From Candidatus Micrarchaeota archaeon (GTDB lineage Archaea > Micrarchaeota > Micrarchaeia > Anstonellales > Bilamarchaeaceae): a stretch of DNA of 47,372 bases. The number at the start of each line of letters is the position of its first letter. The first letter of the stretch is position 1. Of the stretch, positions 9,308-18,827 are shown in pieces. Made by a program: the position numbers and the translations under genes. The stretch is from assembly GCA_043827025.1 (NCBI GenBank), contig JBDRPL010000029.1, forward strand, positions 1 through 47,372, read 5' to 3'. The notes under the pieces were generated by a model. That model searched no databases and was not told the DNA's origin. It saw only the letters and a program-made list of their open reading frames with translations.

Positions 9308-11143
9308 ATGATACTTGCATTATTAATTGGAAGAAAGGGCAGCGAAGGATTTCCGGGAAAGAACACTGAAAACGTGCTTGGAAAACCACTCATGGCTTAT
9401 CCCCTAGAAGCTGCCAAGAATGCAAAAAGCGTTGATGCTGTCTGTGTCTCAACAGATGATGATGTAATAATGGGGATCGGCAGAAAATACGGCGCTGAAA
9501 TACTGGTACGCCCTCCTGAGCTCTGCACAAGCCATGCTGTTGCAGATGACGTCCTTGTTCATGCATACAACCACTACAAACAGAAATATGAGAAAGAAGG
9601 GAAGGAGATAGAATTGGTGGTTTTCCTATTCTGCAATGCACCGCTGGTGAATTCAGAAAGGATAGAGCAGGCAATAGACATACTTAGAAAGCACCCTGAA
9701 TATGATTCAGTGGCAAGTGTTTCGAAATACAATATGTGGAGCCCTCTCAGGGCAAGGAAAATCGGCGAGGATGGATTGCTGAAGCCATTCGTGCCTTTTG
9801 AATTATTCGGCGACCCAAAGAAACTCACATGCAACCGCGACACCCAGGGAGATGTCTGGTTCTATGACGTCACACTCTGTGTGATAAGACCAAAAAATAT
9901 TGAGAATATAGAAAAAGGGATGACTGCCCAAAGATGGCTTGGTCAAAAGATATACCCCTTGAAACAAGAGGGCGGATTGGACATTGATTATGAATGGGAA
10001 TTTCCACAGATGAGATACTGGCTCAAGAAAAAATGGAGAGAAAATAATAAGGGAAATGTGCTTCCAAAGAAGAACCTTGATGGTGTTGTGCGTGTTGAAA
10101 ACGCCCCGGAAACAAGGGCGGGGTTCCTAAGGCTTGACAAGAATGAAAATACCCTGGGATTGGATGAAAAATTCCTTGACGAAGTAAAGGCAGGGATAAC
10201 TGCGGATTTCATAAATATGTATCCAGAGGTTTACCAAACCTATGAAAAATTGAGCAAATGGCTGAACATAGGCAATGACCAGATATATGTGACTGCAGGT
10301 TCTGACGCAGGCATCAAAGCAGCATTCGAGGCATTTGTTGATGAAGGCGATGAAGTAGTCGTACTTGACCCGACATATGCAATGTATTATGTTTACTCAA
10401 ACATATTTGGAGCAAAGCTCAAGAAAGTTCCTTTCAGCGAAAACATGGAATTGGAAAAGGATGCAGTAATAAAAGCAATAACAAACAAGACAAGACTCAT
10501 ATGCATAGCGAACCCGAATGCACCTACTGGAACCCTTATGGAAAAGGATGAGCTTGTAAGACTGATAAGGTATGCAGAAGAAAGAGGCATAGTCGTTTTG
10601 CTTGACGAAGCATATTATTTATTCAATACAGAAACTATGATCGACCGTGTGAACGAATTCAAGAACCTGATGGTCACAAGATCCTTCACAAAGGGATTCG
10701 GCCTCGGATGCGCAAGGCTTGGGTTTGCTGTGTCCAACAAAGAAATTACACTGCTGCTCAAGAAATTCAGGCCAATGTACGAAGTGAATTCATTCGCTGT
10801 GCTTCTTGGCAATGCAATATTGGATAATATGGACATGGTCGAAAGGAACATAAAGAAATTCCATGAAGGCAAGAAATACCTGGAAGATGCGCTTGATGAG
10901 ATGAGGGTGCACTATTTCAAGAGCCATTCGAACTTCATATTGATAGATGTGGGAAGTCCCGAGGTAGCGAAAAAAATTGATGAGGCACTTGTGAAAAGAA
11001 AGGTACTCATAAGAACAGGGTTCGGTACAGTTCCGCTCAACAGGTGCGTAAGGGCAAGTATAGGTACCAAGGAGCAGATGGAAACATTCTTCAAGAACTT
11101 CAAGGAAGTTGTTGCAGAACTGGGGCTGAAAATAACCAAATGA
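9308..11143 (+). CDS. Fusion: NeuA/KdsB-like cytidylyltransferase + HisC-like class I/II PLP enzyme
   Basis: N-terminal GRKGSEGFPGKN, STDD, RPPEL and DIDYEWE motifs. C-terminal RLDKNEN, YP, NPNAPTG, DEAY and RSFTKGFGLGCARLG motifs. Confidence 0.87.
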   Translation: MILALLIGRKGSEGFPGKNTENVLGKPLMAYPLEAAKNAKSVDAVCVSTDDDVIMGIGRKYGAEILVRPPELCTSHAVADDVLVHAYNHYKQKYEKEGKEIELVVFLFCNAPLVNSERIEQAIDILRKHPEYDSVASVSKYNMWSPLRARKIGEDGLLKPFVPFELFGDPKKLTCNRDTQGDVWFYDVTLCVIRPKNIENIEKGMTAQRWLGQKIYPLKQEGGLDIDYEWEFPQMRYWLKKKWRENNKGNVLPKKNLDGVVRVENAPETRAGFLRLDKNENTLGLDEKFLDEVKAGITADFINMYPEVYQTYEKLSKWLNIGNDQIYVTAGSDAGIKAAFEAFVDEGDEVVVLDPTYAMYYVYSNIFGAKLKKVPFSENMELEKDAVIKAITNKTRLICIANPNAPTGTLMEKDELVRLIRYAEERGIVVLLDEAYYLFNTETMIDRVNEFKNLMVTRSFTKGFGLGCARLGFAVSNKEITLLLKKFRPMYEVNSFAVLLGNAILDNMDMVERNIKKFHEGKKYLEDALDEMRVHYFKSHSNFILIDVGSPEVAKKIDEALVKRKVLIRTGFGTVPLNRCVRASIGTKEQMETFFKNFKEVVAELGLKITK

Positions 11144-11160
11144 GGATCATGGGATTAAAC

Positions 11161-11802
11161 ATGATCAAACTCATCTTTTTCGACCTTGATGGCACTCTCC
11201 TTGAGTCAACAGGAATAAAGACAGATTCTTTCATAGAACTTTTCAGAGATGAAAAGGAAGGCGATCTCAATCAGATTGCAGATTATGTGAAAAAAAATCC
11301 TGGGACCTACAGATATGAAAAATTCGGGCATATTTATAGTAAAATATTGGGAAGATCTCTTGATGAAAAGACAAAACAAGTGCTTTCTGAAAGGTTTTCA
11401 GAACTGGTCCTTGATAAGATATTAAAGTGCCCTTTTGTGAAAGGCACTGAAGAGTTCATGGAAAAATATTCACATTCAGTGAAACTATTTCTCCTTTCAG
11501 CAACCCCTGCGAACGAGCTCGAAACCATCATAAGAAAAAAAGATATCAAAAAATATTTCATAAAAACATATGGCGCTCCGTTGAAAAAGGCTGAGATAAT
11601 GATCCAAACGCTAAAGCAGGAACAAGTAGATAAAGAGGGGGCCGTATTCGTAGGAGACAGTATGGCTGATTTTGATGAAGCAAAAAAAGCAGGCATAAGA
11701 TTCATAGGAAGAGAACTGATCAGAGAAGCATTTCCAAAAGGAACGGAAACAATAAAGGATATTAATGAGCTTGACGAACTAATTACTAACTCTCAGAGTT
11801 GA
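11161..11802 (+). CDS. HAD-superfamily phosphatase/hydrolase
   Basis: FDLDGTL (motif I), LSA (II), K (III) and VGDS.AD (IV). Start is 11161 or the overlapping ATG at 11140. Confidence 0.88.
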   Translation: MIKLIFFDLDGTLLESTGIKTDSFIELFRDEKEGDLNQIADYVKKNPGTYRYEKFGHIYSKILGRSLDEKTKQVLSERFSELVLDKILKCPFVKGTEEFMEKYSHSVKLFLLSATPANELETIIRKKDIKKYFIKTYGAPLKKAEIMIQTLKQEQVDKEGAVFVGDSMADFDEAKKAGIRFIGRELIREAFPKGTETIKDINELDELITNSQS

Positions 11803-11806
11803 TCCC

Positions 11807-13633
11807 ATGGCTCAGGAAAAAAATAAATGCACAATATGTTCGACTTCCAGAAATGCAATTGCTGAAATAACAAAGAAAAATGAGAATTTCAAATGGGCAT
11901 ATTTAGGGGAAGATGTTTCAAAAGCGATAGCAATTGAAAACGCACTTGGTAAATCTGGAGAAAAAATAGATACCGGAGGCATGCTTCAGGAGATTGCAAG
12001 ATCGCTTAAATGGAAATATGTTGAGTACATAGGAAAGATGAGCCTAAAGAAAAAATCGCTCATCTGGTGGGGAAGCGCGCTTTCGGAAAAGAGCCCCTAT
12101 TCCTCAAAGACATTCCTTCATTCGTGCTACCTCATGGTTTATTTGGAAATCGTCAAAAAATACAGCGATATGCCACTGGTTTTCTTTGTTGAGGCAGGAT
12201 CACTGCGAAAAGCAATGAAAGAAAATGCACCTTCTGGAATAGATGTGGAATGCAAGGAAAGCAGTGTTGGGCATATTAAAGAAAGCGTTGGCAATATGTT
12301 GAATTGCATATTGAGGCGGGGATACTTCCTGACAAACAACATCTACAAAACAATCCTTGCAAAATGGATATACCAGATGCAGAACAAGGTTGAGAAAAAT
12401 GTGCCTTATGAGGTCCTGCATACATTTGCTGCGAAAAGGTCATTCGACGCCCAGAATAAAAAATTCAAAGAAAACTTTTACGGCGACCTTCCAGAATATG
12501 CAAAGAGAACTAGCAAAAAATACATAATCTATCCTTCCATATGGGGCGCGTCATATAAGACTGCCATGGATGTATTGAAACTTCAGGAAAGAATACTCAT
12601 CCATCACGCATTTCTCTCAATATTCGACATATTCAATGTTTTCTTCAGCACAATGAAAAGGCCAAAATCAGATTGCCCCAAGTTCGAAGGAATGGACATT
12701 GCTGCAATAATAGATGAAGATGTAAGAAAAGACTATGGAGGCATAAGGATGCCCTCTGACATTCTGGTATATCACGCAATAAAAAACATGAAGAAAAACA
12801 GGATTCTGATTTCCAACCTCATTGAACCCTATGAAAACCATACAAATGAAAAAGTAGCAAGGATAGCTGTGAGGGAATTCTATCCTGATGCAAGGATAAC
12901 TGGATACCAACATTCTACATTCTCAAGCATGCACCTTGAATACTTGTTTTCAAAAGAGGAGTTTGCAGTTCTTCCTTTCCCTGATGAGATAATAACAAGC
13001 GGAGATCAGGACAAGAGAACATTTACTGAATGGGGCTATCCAATTGACAGGCTTGTGAGGGGGGGTGCAATAAGATACGCGGATGTGCTTCAACTGGAGA
13101 CAAACAATAGAGCACTGAACCCGGACAAGCCAACTGTGCTTGTTACAACTTCGATAAACAAGCCAGATGCACTTGAACTGGTATGGAAGACAATAAAAGC
13201 ATTTGAAAATGGGGAAAAATATCGCATCATAATAAAGTGCCACCCTTATATGCCATTCAAGAAGATAATAAAAGAGCTTGGCATTCCAGTTCCTGGACAC
13301 TTTGAAATCAGTGATACTCCTATACCAAAACTTCTTGACGAAACAGATGTCCTGGTCTACACCAGCTCGACAACCTGCCTGGAAGCAATTGCAAAGGGAG
13401 TTCCCATAATCTACGTTGGCTCAGACCTGATGATTGAACTGAATCCACTTGACTTCGACCCCGATGTAGCATTCTGCGCAAAGAAACCAGAGGACATCGT
13501 AAAGGGAGTGGAATATTGGGTGGGAATGAAAAAAGAGGAACTGGATAAAAGAAGAAAGGATTGGAAAGGGACTGTTCAGAAAATGTTCTGCAAGGTTGAT
13601 GACAAGACCTATTCCTTATTTTTCAGGCAATGA
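11807..13633 (+). CDS. Large surface-carbohydrate biosynthesis protein with a GT-B-like C-terminus (resembles the LIC13510-type family); candidate ulosonate transferase
   Basis: YEN...EK, GYQHS, GAIRY, IKCHP and SSTTCLEAIAKG motifs. Confidence 0.6.
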   Translation: MAQEKNKCTICSTSRNAIAEITKKNENFKWAYLGEDVSKAIAIENALGKSGEKIDTGGMLQEIARSLKWKYVEYIGKMSLKKKSLIWWGSALSEKSPYSSKTFLHSCYLMVYLEIVKKYSDMPLVFFVEAGSLRKAMKENAPSGIDVECKESSVGHIKESVGNMLNCILRRGYFLTNNIYKTILAKWIYQMQNKVEKNVPYEVLHTFAAKRSFDAQNKKFKENFYGDLPEYAKRTSKKYIIYPSIWGASYKTAMDVLKLQERILIHHAFLSIFDIFNVFFSTMKRPKSDCPKFEGMDIAAIIDEDVRKDYGGIRMPSDILVYHAIKNMKKNRILISNLIEPYENHTNEKVARIAVREFYPDARITGYQHSTFSSMHLEYLFSKEEFAVLPFPDEIITSGDQDKRTFTEWGYPIDRLVRGGAIRYADVLQLETNNRALNPDKPTVLVTTSINKPDALELVWKTIKAFENGEKYRIIIKCHPYMPFKKIIKELGIPVPGHFEISDTPIPKLLDETDVLVYTSSTTCLEAIAKGVPIIYVGSDLMIELNPLDFDPDVAFCAKKPEDIVKGVEYWVGMKKEELDKRRKDWKGTVQKMFCKVDDKTYSLFFRQ

Positions 13634-15507
13634 ATTTTTTTGTAAACCAGCTTGGCAGCCCTTTCTGCACTCTTTCCATCATCAAGATGTGTCCCGTATC
13701 TTTTCAGGAACTCGTGATTGTTTAGATCAACATCATAGCCAGGGACGGAACCAGTATCCAAAAAAGAGTTGATTGCCTTTGACATTTCTTCAACAGTCTT
13801 GAAGCAATATGCTCTTTTCTTTAAAAGAATTTCTGCATCCTTGTCAAGTCTGCAATGTTGCGTAGTTGTGAATACGGGCTTGTTCGTAGTGATTGCCTGC
13901 AATAATGTAGTCGAAGGAAAATCAATTACAAAAACACCTGCATATGGCGCCAGATCATCAAATGTAGATTCTGCTTGTATGAATCTTAAGTCGCTGAATT
14001 CCTTTTCTTCTGCATATGCCACTATAGGGCTTGACCTATAGCCGATGTTAGGATGCAATTTAACAACAACAGGCATTTTCCTTTGTTTTCCAATGGTTTC
14101 CAGAACATGTTTTTGCGATCTCCAGAAAAGATTGTCTGACCACATTGGAGGAAATGAAACATAAAGGTGGTTATGGTAAAGGTTAGTTGAAGCATAGAGC
14201 AGGAAGCTTTTTTTCTTCTCTTTACCTTGTAACTTTTTTGAGGATAATTTGTCAAGGTTGCTTGAGCCTATTGGAACCAGCTCTGTGCCTGACTGCTTTG
14301 CCTGCTTTCCATATTTTTCAACAACACCTTCCCCAAAAACAAGATGAATTCCTGATTTCACAAAATCAGAATAGGGGATCATTGGCTGGTCAAGATAACC
14401 ATAATTCCCATGCTGCCAACTGAATACAGGAATGCCGATATCCAAGGCAGCTTTTGCAAATGATTTTGCAATTGGATTCGAAAAACCAGATGTGAGCATA
14501 GCTCCTATGCCATTCCTCTTTGAAAAAGAATTTGAAAGCAGGTAAGAATTCATGCATGCCTTTGCAACCCTATTAAACAAGAAAAGCAATCTTGGCCCTG
14601 CAATTGGCAGAACGTCGATGTTTTCGAAAATGAACAGACTGCAGAACTCCGAATTAGACCTAAGGCAGTCCATGATCTTTTTCGGATCAGGAGGTACATC
14701 TGCAGTTCCAATTGCCATTTCATTGACTGCCCAGTATTCAACATCATCTGAAAGCTCCAAAATCGGAAAGATTCCTGAATCCTTGAAATTGCGCATGCAG
14801 GAACCCCAATTGTATTTGCCTCCAAAAAAAATGACAGGGAATTTGTCCATTGACTTTTCGCTCAGGTCGAGGCGCAACGTTTCTGCCTGACTATGTGATT
14901 TCAGCAATGGCTTCACCTTGTTGCGTATGAAACACATTGCCCTTTTGAAAAAGCCAATTCCTGTAGGCGTCTTGATTGAACCAAGAATGACTGGCTTGAA
15001 GCTCCATTGGTCTAATGAAAGAAGAATCGAATAGATAGATTCACTGTTGTCAAAAAGAACCTGGAAAGCTTCCTGGGAAAAACCGATTAATCGGGATGGC
15101 TGACCATAGAATAGAATTTCATCCGGATTCTCAGCACAGATTATCTTGGAAAGCTGAAATGTCCTAAGAAGTATAGAATCATAGAGAAGTTTTAGGTGGA
15201 AAAAACCGAATGCAGCGGGAGTTATGCCCTTCTTCTTGAATTCAGGAGATTGTTCGTGAATCAAATCATCGATTATGCTGCAGATCCTTTCTACTTTTTT
15301 ATAATTCTCCATTCCAAACTGATAAAGCTCTTCAGCACCATAATAATCTTCAGGGATCTTGTATTTGAAATTGTTCTTGTCCAGCTCGTGCATTGCAAAA
15401 GGAGACAGAGCAATCAGAGTTGTCAAGCTGGCATTGTGTTTTTTCAGAAAGTCAATAACCTGTGCTTCGTTCTCTAGGAACACCAAAACCTTTTTTGCAG
15501 CATCCAT
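13609..15507 (-). CDS. Large GT-B-like polysaccharide biosynthesis protein; candidate transferase
   Basis: WQHG, VFGEG, VKLHP and STTLLQA...KPV motifs; 632-aa ORF. Confidence 0.6.
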   Translation of the reverse strand: MDAAKKVLVFLENEAQVIDFLKKHNASLTTLIALSPFAMHELDKNNFKYKIPEDYYGAEELYQFGMENYKKVERICSIIDDLIHEQSPEFKKKGITPAAFGFFHLKLLYDSILLRTFQLSKIICAENPDEILFYGQPSRLIGFSQEAFQVLFDNSESIYSILLSLDQWSFKPVILGSIKTPTGIGFFKRAMCFIRNKVKPLLKSHSQAETLRLDLSEKSMDKFPVIFFGGKYNWGSCMRNFKDSGIFPILELSDDVEYWAVNEMAIGTADVPPDPKKIMDCLRSNSEFCSLFIFENIDVLPIAGPRLLFLFNRVAKACMNSYLLSNSFSKRNGIGAMLTSGFSNPIAKSFAKAALDIGIPVFSWQHGNYGYLDQPMIPYSDFVKSGIHLVFGEGVVEKYGKQAKQSGTELVPIGSSNLDKLSSKKLQGKEKKKSFLLYASTNLYHNHLYVSFPPMWSDNLFWRSQKHVLETIGKQRKMPVVVKLHPNIGYRSSPIVAYAEEKEFSDLRFIQAESTFDDLAPYAGVFVIDFPSTTLLQAITTNKPVFTTTQHCRLDKDAEILLKKRAYCFKTVEEMSKAINSFLDTGSVPGYDVDLNNHEFLKRYGTHLDDGKSAERAAKLVYKKIHCLKNKE

Positions 15508-15533
15508 GTGATTTGAGAATGGGTAGACAAAAC

Positions 15534-15541
15534 TTTTAAAA
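15534..15541. promoter_or_regulatory. Palindromic TATA box TTTTAAAA in a 67-bp divergent spacer
   Basis: About 27 bp from the minus-strand ATG (15507) and about 34 bp from the plus-strand ATG (15575). Confidence 0.55.
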
Positions 15542-15574
15542 CAGTTATCAACAACAGATGGGTTGGTGTGATTT

Positions 15575-15724
15575 ATGGCAAAGCGAGTTCATGTTGTTCC
15601 GATCATTCCAAATGGAGATGGCACCTTCACAATAAGCAAGGCAGACCTTGGAAAGGAACAAATTGTTTTAGTTGCCATAACTGATGCCACCTACTATGTG
15701 CACATAAAAGAGATATCGACATGA
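15575..15724 (+). CDS. Small hypothetical protein, 49 aa (MAKRVHVVPIIPNGDGTFTISKADLGKEQIVLVAITDATYYVHIKEIST)
   Basis: Translated by hand (below the ORF-track cutoff). GGTGTGA SD-like site upstream, TATA upstream, and it fills an otherwise empty gap. Confidence 0.6.
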   Translation: MAKRVHVVPIIPNGDGTFTISKADLGKEQIVLVAITDATYYVHIKEIST

Positions 15725-15793
15725 GACGAAATCCGTCTGAGAAGTAGGTATCTTTAAAAGGACTTGGAGGCACTTATTCCTTCAGGTCTTTCT

Positions 15794-16954
15794 ATGGTAG
15801 ATGCATTTAGATTCAAGTTAAGAACTGACGCCAGATTCGGCGTAGGAATGGCTGAGAAGCTTGGCGAATTGTTGAAAGAAAAGGGCTACTCAAACCCAAT
15901 AATTTTGATTGATACTGGAGTAATCAACCTTCCTTCGATAAAGAAAATTGTAGAGGAAACAGGCAAAACATGCAAAGTCCTAAAGGTATTCGAGAACAAG
16001 GTTCCAGAGCCCACATATGGATCATTGGATGAGGCAAGAACGCACTTTGAAGGTTTGAAACCAGATTGTGTTGTTGGAATAGGAGGCGGAAGCACCCTTG
16101 ACCTTGCAAAAGGAATAGCAACACTTATGACCAATCCTGGGAAGGGTCTCTTGTACAGAGGATTCAATCTTGTAAAAACACTTCCTTTGCCAGTGATTGC
16201 AATACCAACAACCGCAGGAACAGGAAGCGAAGCAACATTCAATGCAGTTTTCACAGAGAAATCAGAGAAAAAGAAAATGGGCATCAATACAGAATATAAT
16301 TTCCCAGTACTCGCAATACTTGACCCTGTTCTGATAACGAGCTGTCCAAAGAAAGTGGCTGTTGGATCAGGAATGGATGCAATAGTTCACACATTGGAAA
16401 GCTTCGTAGCAAATGCATCTACGCCAACATCAAGGATGTATGCAAAGCAAGCATTTGCACTTTTGTTCAATAATCTTGAAAAGGCAGTGAAAGACCCTAA
16501 AGATATTGAAGCGCAATCAAAGGTTTTGCTTGGAAGCCATTATGCAGGCATCTCACTCGTTAATTCAGGTGCAGGGCCTGCAGGAGCAATGTCTTACCCA
16601 TTGGGAACTTATTTCGATGTTCCACATGGGATAGCTGGCGCGATGTTCATCCCTCATGTGGTAAAGATGAATGTGGATAAGGGATGCAATACCTACAACC
16701 AATTATACGATCTTATTGATGGCGCAGACCATGGGCTTAGTGAGGAAGAAAAGGCAAATGAGTTCTCAAAAGAATTCACAAGGTTCTGCAATGCACTGGA
16801 TGTGCCAAAGAAGTTGAATGTCTTCGGAGTGAAGAAAAGCGATAAAGAGCTACTTCAGCGCGAGGCTGCTGTATTGAAAGGAGCATTCGGCATGAACCCA
16901 GTGCCATTCGGGGAAAAAGAGGTTCAGGAGCTCTTGGACATGTTGATTGATTAG
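15794..16954 (+). CDS. Iron-containing (group III) alcohol dehydrogenase, KdnB-like
   Basis: GGGSTLDLAK, LMTNPG..LYRG.NLV, PTTAGTGSEAT, GMDAIVH.LES and PHG motifs; adjacent to a KdnA-like gene. Confidence 0.85.
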   Translation: MVDAFRFKLRTDARFGVGMAEKLGELLKEKGYSNPIILIDTGVINLPSIKKIVEETGKTCKVLKVFENKVPEPTYGSLDEARTHFEGLKPDCVVGIGGGSTLDLAKGIATLMTNPGKGLLYRGFNLVKTLPLPVIAIPTTAGTGSEATFNAVFTEKSEKKKMGINTEYNFPVLAILDPVLITSCPKKVAVGSGMDAIVHTLESFVANASTPTSRMYAKQAFALLFNNLEKAVKDPKDIEAQSKVLLGSHYAGISLVNSGAGPAGAMSYPLGTYFDVPHGIAGAMFIPHVVKMNVDKGCNTYNQLYDLIDGADHGLSEEEKANEFSKEFTRFCNALDVPKKLNVFGVKKSDKELLQREAAVLKGAFGMNPVPFGEKEVQELLDMLID

Positions 16955-16986
16955 AGGAAATTGAAGAAAAACAAGGGAGTGATGCT

Positions 16987-18162
16987 ATGCCAGGATTCGA
17001 ATTGATTGGGAAGGAAGAAAAAGAAGCTGTTGACGAGATATTCGAAAAAAGCAATGGAGTGCTTTACAGATATGCACTCAATGATAGGAGAAATAACATT
17101 TTCAGAGTTGATGAGTTCGAAAAACAACTCCAGCACAAAGTAGGGGCAAAACACTGCCTTTGCGTATGCAATGGAACTGCAGCACTCAAACTTTGCCTTA
17201 TAGGCGCTGGAGTAAAACCTGGAGATGAAGTCATAACGCAAAGCTTCACATTCATTGCTACTGTGGAAGCAATACTTGAACTTGGAGCAAAGCCAATCAT
17301 CACAGAAGTTGATAAATCTCTTAACATGGATCCTGAGGACCTGAGGAAAAAAATCACAAAGAAGACAAAGGCAATAATACCTGTTCATATGGCAGGAGTT
17401 GCTGCAAAGATGGATGAGATAATGGCGATCGCAAAGGAACACAATCTTCCTGTTGTCGAAGATAGTGCACAGGCACTTGGCGCCACATACAAAGGAAAGA
17501 TGCTCGGAACCATAGGCATCGCAGGCATTTACAGCCTTGACATTGGCAAAGTCATAACAACAGGAGAGGGTGGAGTTGTAGTAACAAATGATGAAAAAAT
17601 ATTTCTCAAGGCGAGGGAATACTCGGACCATGGTCATGAGCAGAACCCAAAGGTGCCAAGAGGCGAAGACACCAGAACAATCTGGGGCTTTAATTACAAG
17701 ATAACCGAGCTCCAGGGAGCAATAGGACAGGCACAGCTTAAGAAATTGGATTATGTCCTTGAACAGCAGAGAAAAAACAAAAGGATGATCAAAGAGGGAA
17801 TAAAAAGCGCACCTGGAATCGAATTCAGGGAAATCCCGAATGGAGAGGGAGATGCAGGAGATACATTGATTTTTTTCGTAAAAGACAGAGAAACCGCATC
17901 AAAATTTGCAAAGAAGCTCTCTGAAAGAAAAATGGGCACTAAAAATCTGCCTGATGCAATAAACTGGCATTATGCAGGCACATGGACCCAAATATTCCAT
18001 GATTACCCTGAATACAAGGGAAAGAACCTTGAAGAAGTGTGGGAGCAGTCGACCAGCTATCTTAGGAGAGCAATTGCACTTCCTGTAATGGTGAAGATGG
18101 CTGATGAAAGGATAAATGAGATAATATCAGCAGTCATGGAGATTGCAAACGAGTTGAAATAA
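16987..18162 (+). CDS. DegT/DnrJ-family PLP aminotransferase, KdnA-like
   Basis: MPGFELIG.EEK N-terminus, EDSAQ, SLDIGKVITTGEGG, SDHGH, FREIP..EGD and NWHY. These match my recollection of Shewanella KdnA. Confidence 0.85.
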   Translation: MPGFELIGKEEKEAVDEIFEKSNGVLYRYALNDRRNNIFRVDEFEKQLQHKVGAKHCLCVCNGTAALKLCLIGAGVKPGDEVITQSFTFIATVEAILELGAKPIITEVDKSLNMDPEDLRKKITKKTKAIIPVHMAGVAAKMDEIMAIAKEHNLPVVEDSAQALGATYKGKMLGTIGIAGIYSLDIGKVITTGEGGVVVTNDEKIFLKAREYSDHGHEQNPKVPRGEDTRTIWGFNYKITELQGAIGQAQLKKLDYVLEQQRKNKRMIKEGIKSAPGIEFREIPNGEGDAGDTLIFFVKDRETASKFAKKLSERKMGTKNLPDAINWHYAGTWTQIFHDYPEYKGKNLEEVWEQSTSYLRRAIALPVMVKMADERINEIISAVMEIANELK

Positions 18163-18163
18163 C

Positions 18164-18817
18164 ATGGCAGATTATGACAGCACCTCGAGGGAAAAACCAT
18201 ACGTACTTGCAATAATTCCTGCAAGAGGAGGAAGCAAGGGCATCCCTAGGAAGAACATGAAGATGATTGCCGGGAAGCCATTGATAGCCTGGAGCATAGG
18301 ATCAGCAAAGGAATCCAAACTATTGGACAAGTTTGTGGTTTCAACAGAAGACAAGGAAATTGCTGATGTTTCAAGAAAGTATGGCGCAGAGGTTGTTGAC
18401 AGGCCAAAAGAACTGGCAAGCGACACTGCAATGACACTGCCAGTATTGCAGCAAGTTCTCCAGAAGATAGATGCAGATATTGTTGTGCTTCTCCAACCGA
18501 CCTCTCCGATGAGGAGCAAAGGCCTCATAGACAGATGCATAAAACAATTCCTTGAAACCAAAGTAGAATCACTGGCAACGGGATTCATCTGCAAATTCAT
18601 GGAATACGGCAGTTACAGCAAACGAAGGCAGGAATTGAAGGGATTCTTCTATGATGATGGAAATGTATATGTCATAGATGCAAACCTGATACGAAATGGA
18701 AAAATGGTCGGTGAAAAGAAAGGGCATTGTTTCACAACAAGAGAAGAAAATACAGAAATAGATGACGAATTCGATTTCTGGCTTGTTGAAAAGGTGCTTC
18801 AGGAGCGAATGAAATAG
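18164..18817 (+). CDS. neuA: CMP-nonulosonate synthetase
   Basis: IPARGGSKGIPRKN, LQPTSPMR, RRQ and EIDDEFD motifs. Confidence 0.92.
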   Translation: MADYDSTSREKPYVLAIIPARGGSKGIPRKNMKMIAGKPLIAWSIGSAKESKLLDKFVVSTEDKEIADVSRKYGAEVVDRPKELASDTAMTLPVLQQVLQKIDADIVVLLQPTSPMRSKGLIDRCIKQFLETKVESLATGFICKFMEYGSYSKRRQELKGFFYDDGNVYVIDANLIRNGKMVGEKKGHCFTTREENTEIDDEFDFWLVEKVLQERMK

Positions 18818-18827
18818 GAGGATTAAT

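Noticed and set aside
8312..16954. Phosphonate pathway (TIM-barrel enzyme + cytidylyltransferase + aminotransferase + Fe-ADH)
   Set aside because: No PEP mutase EDK(x5)NS motif and no phosphonopyruvate decarboxylase were seen.
16951..17637. 228-aa minus-strand ORF
   Set aside because: Antisense shadow of the well-supported aminotransferase; its composition is not protein-like.
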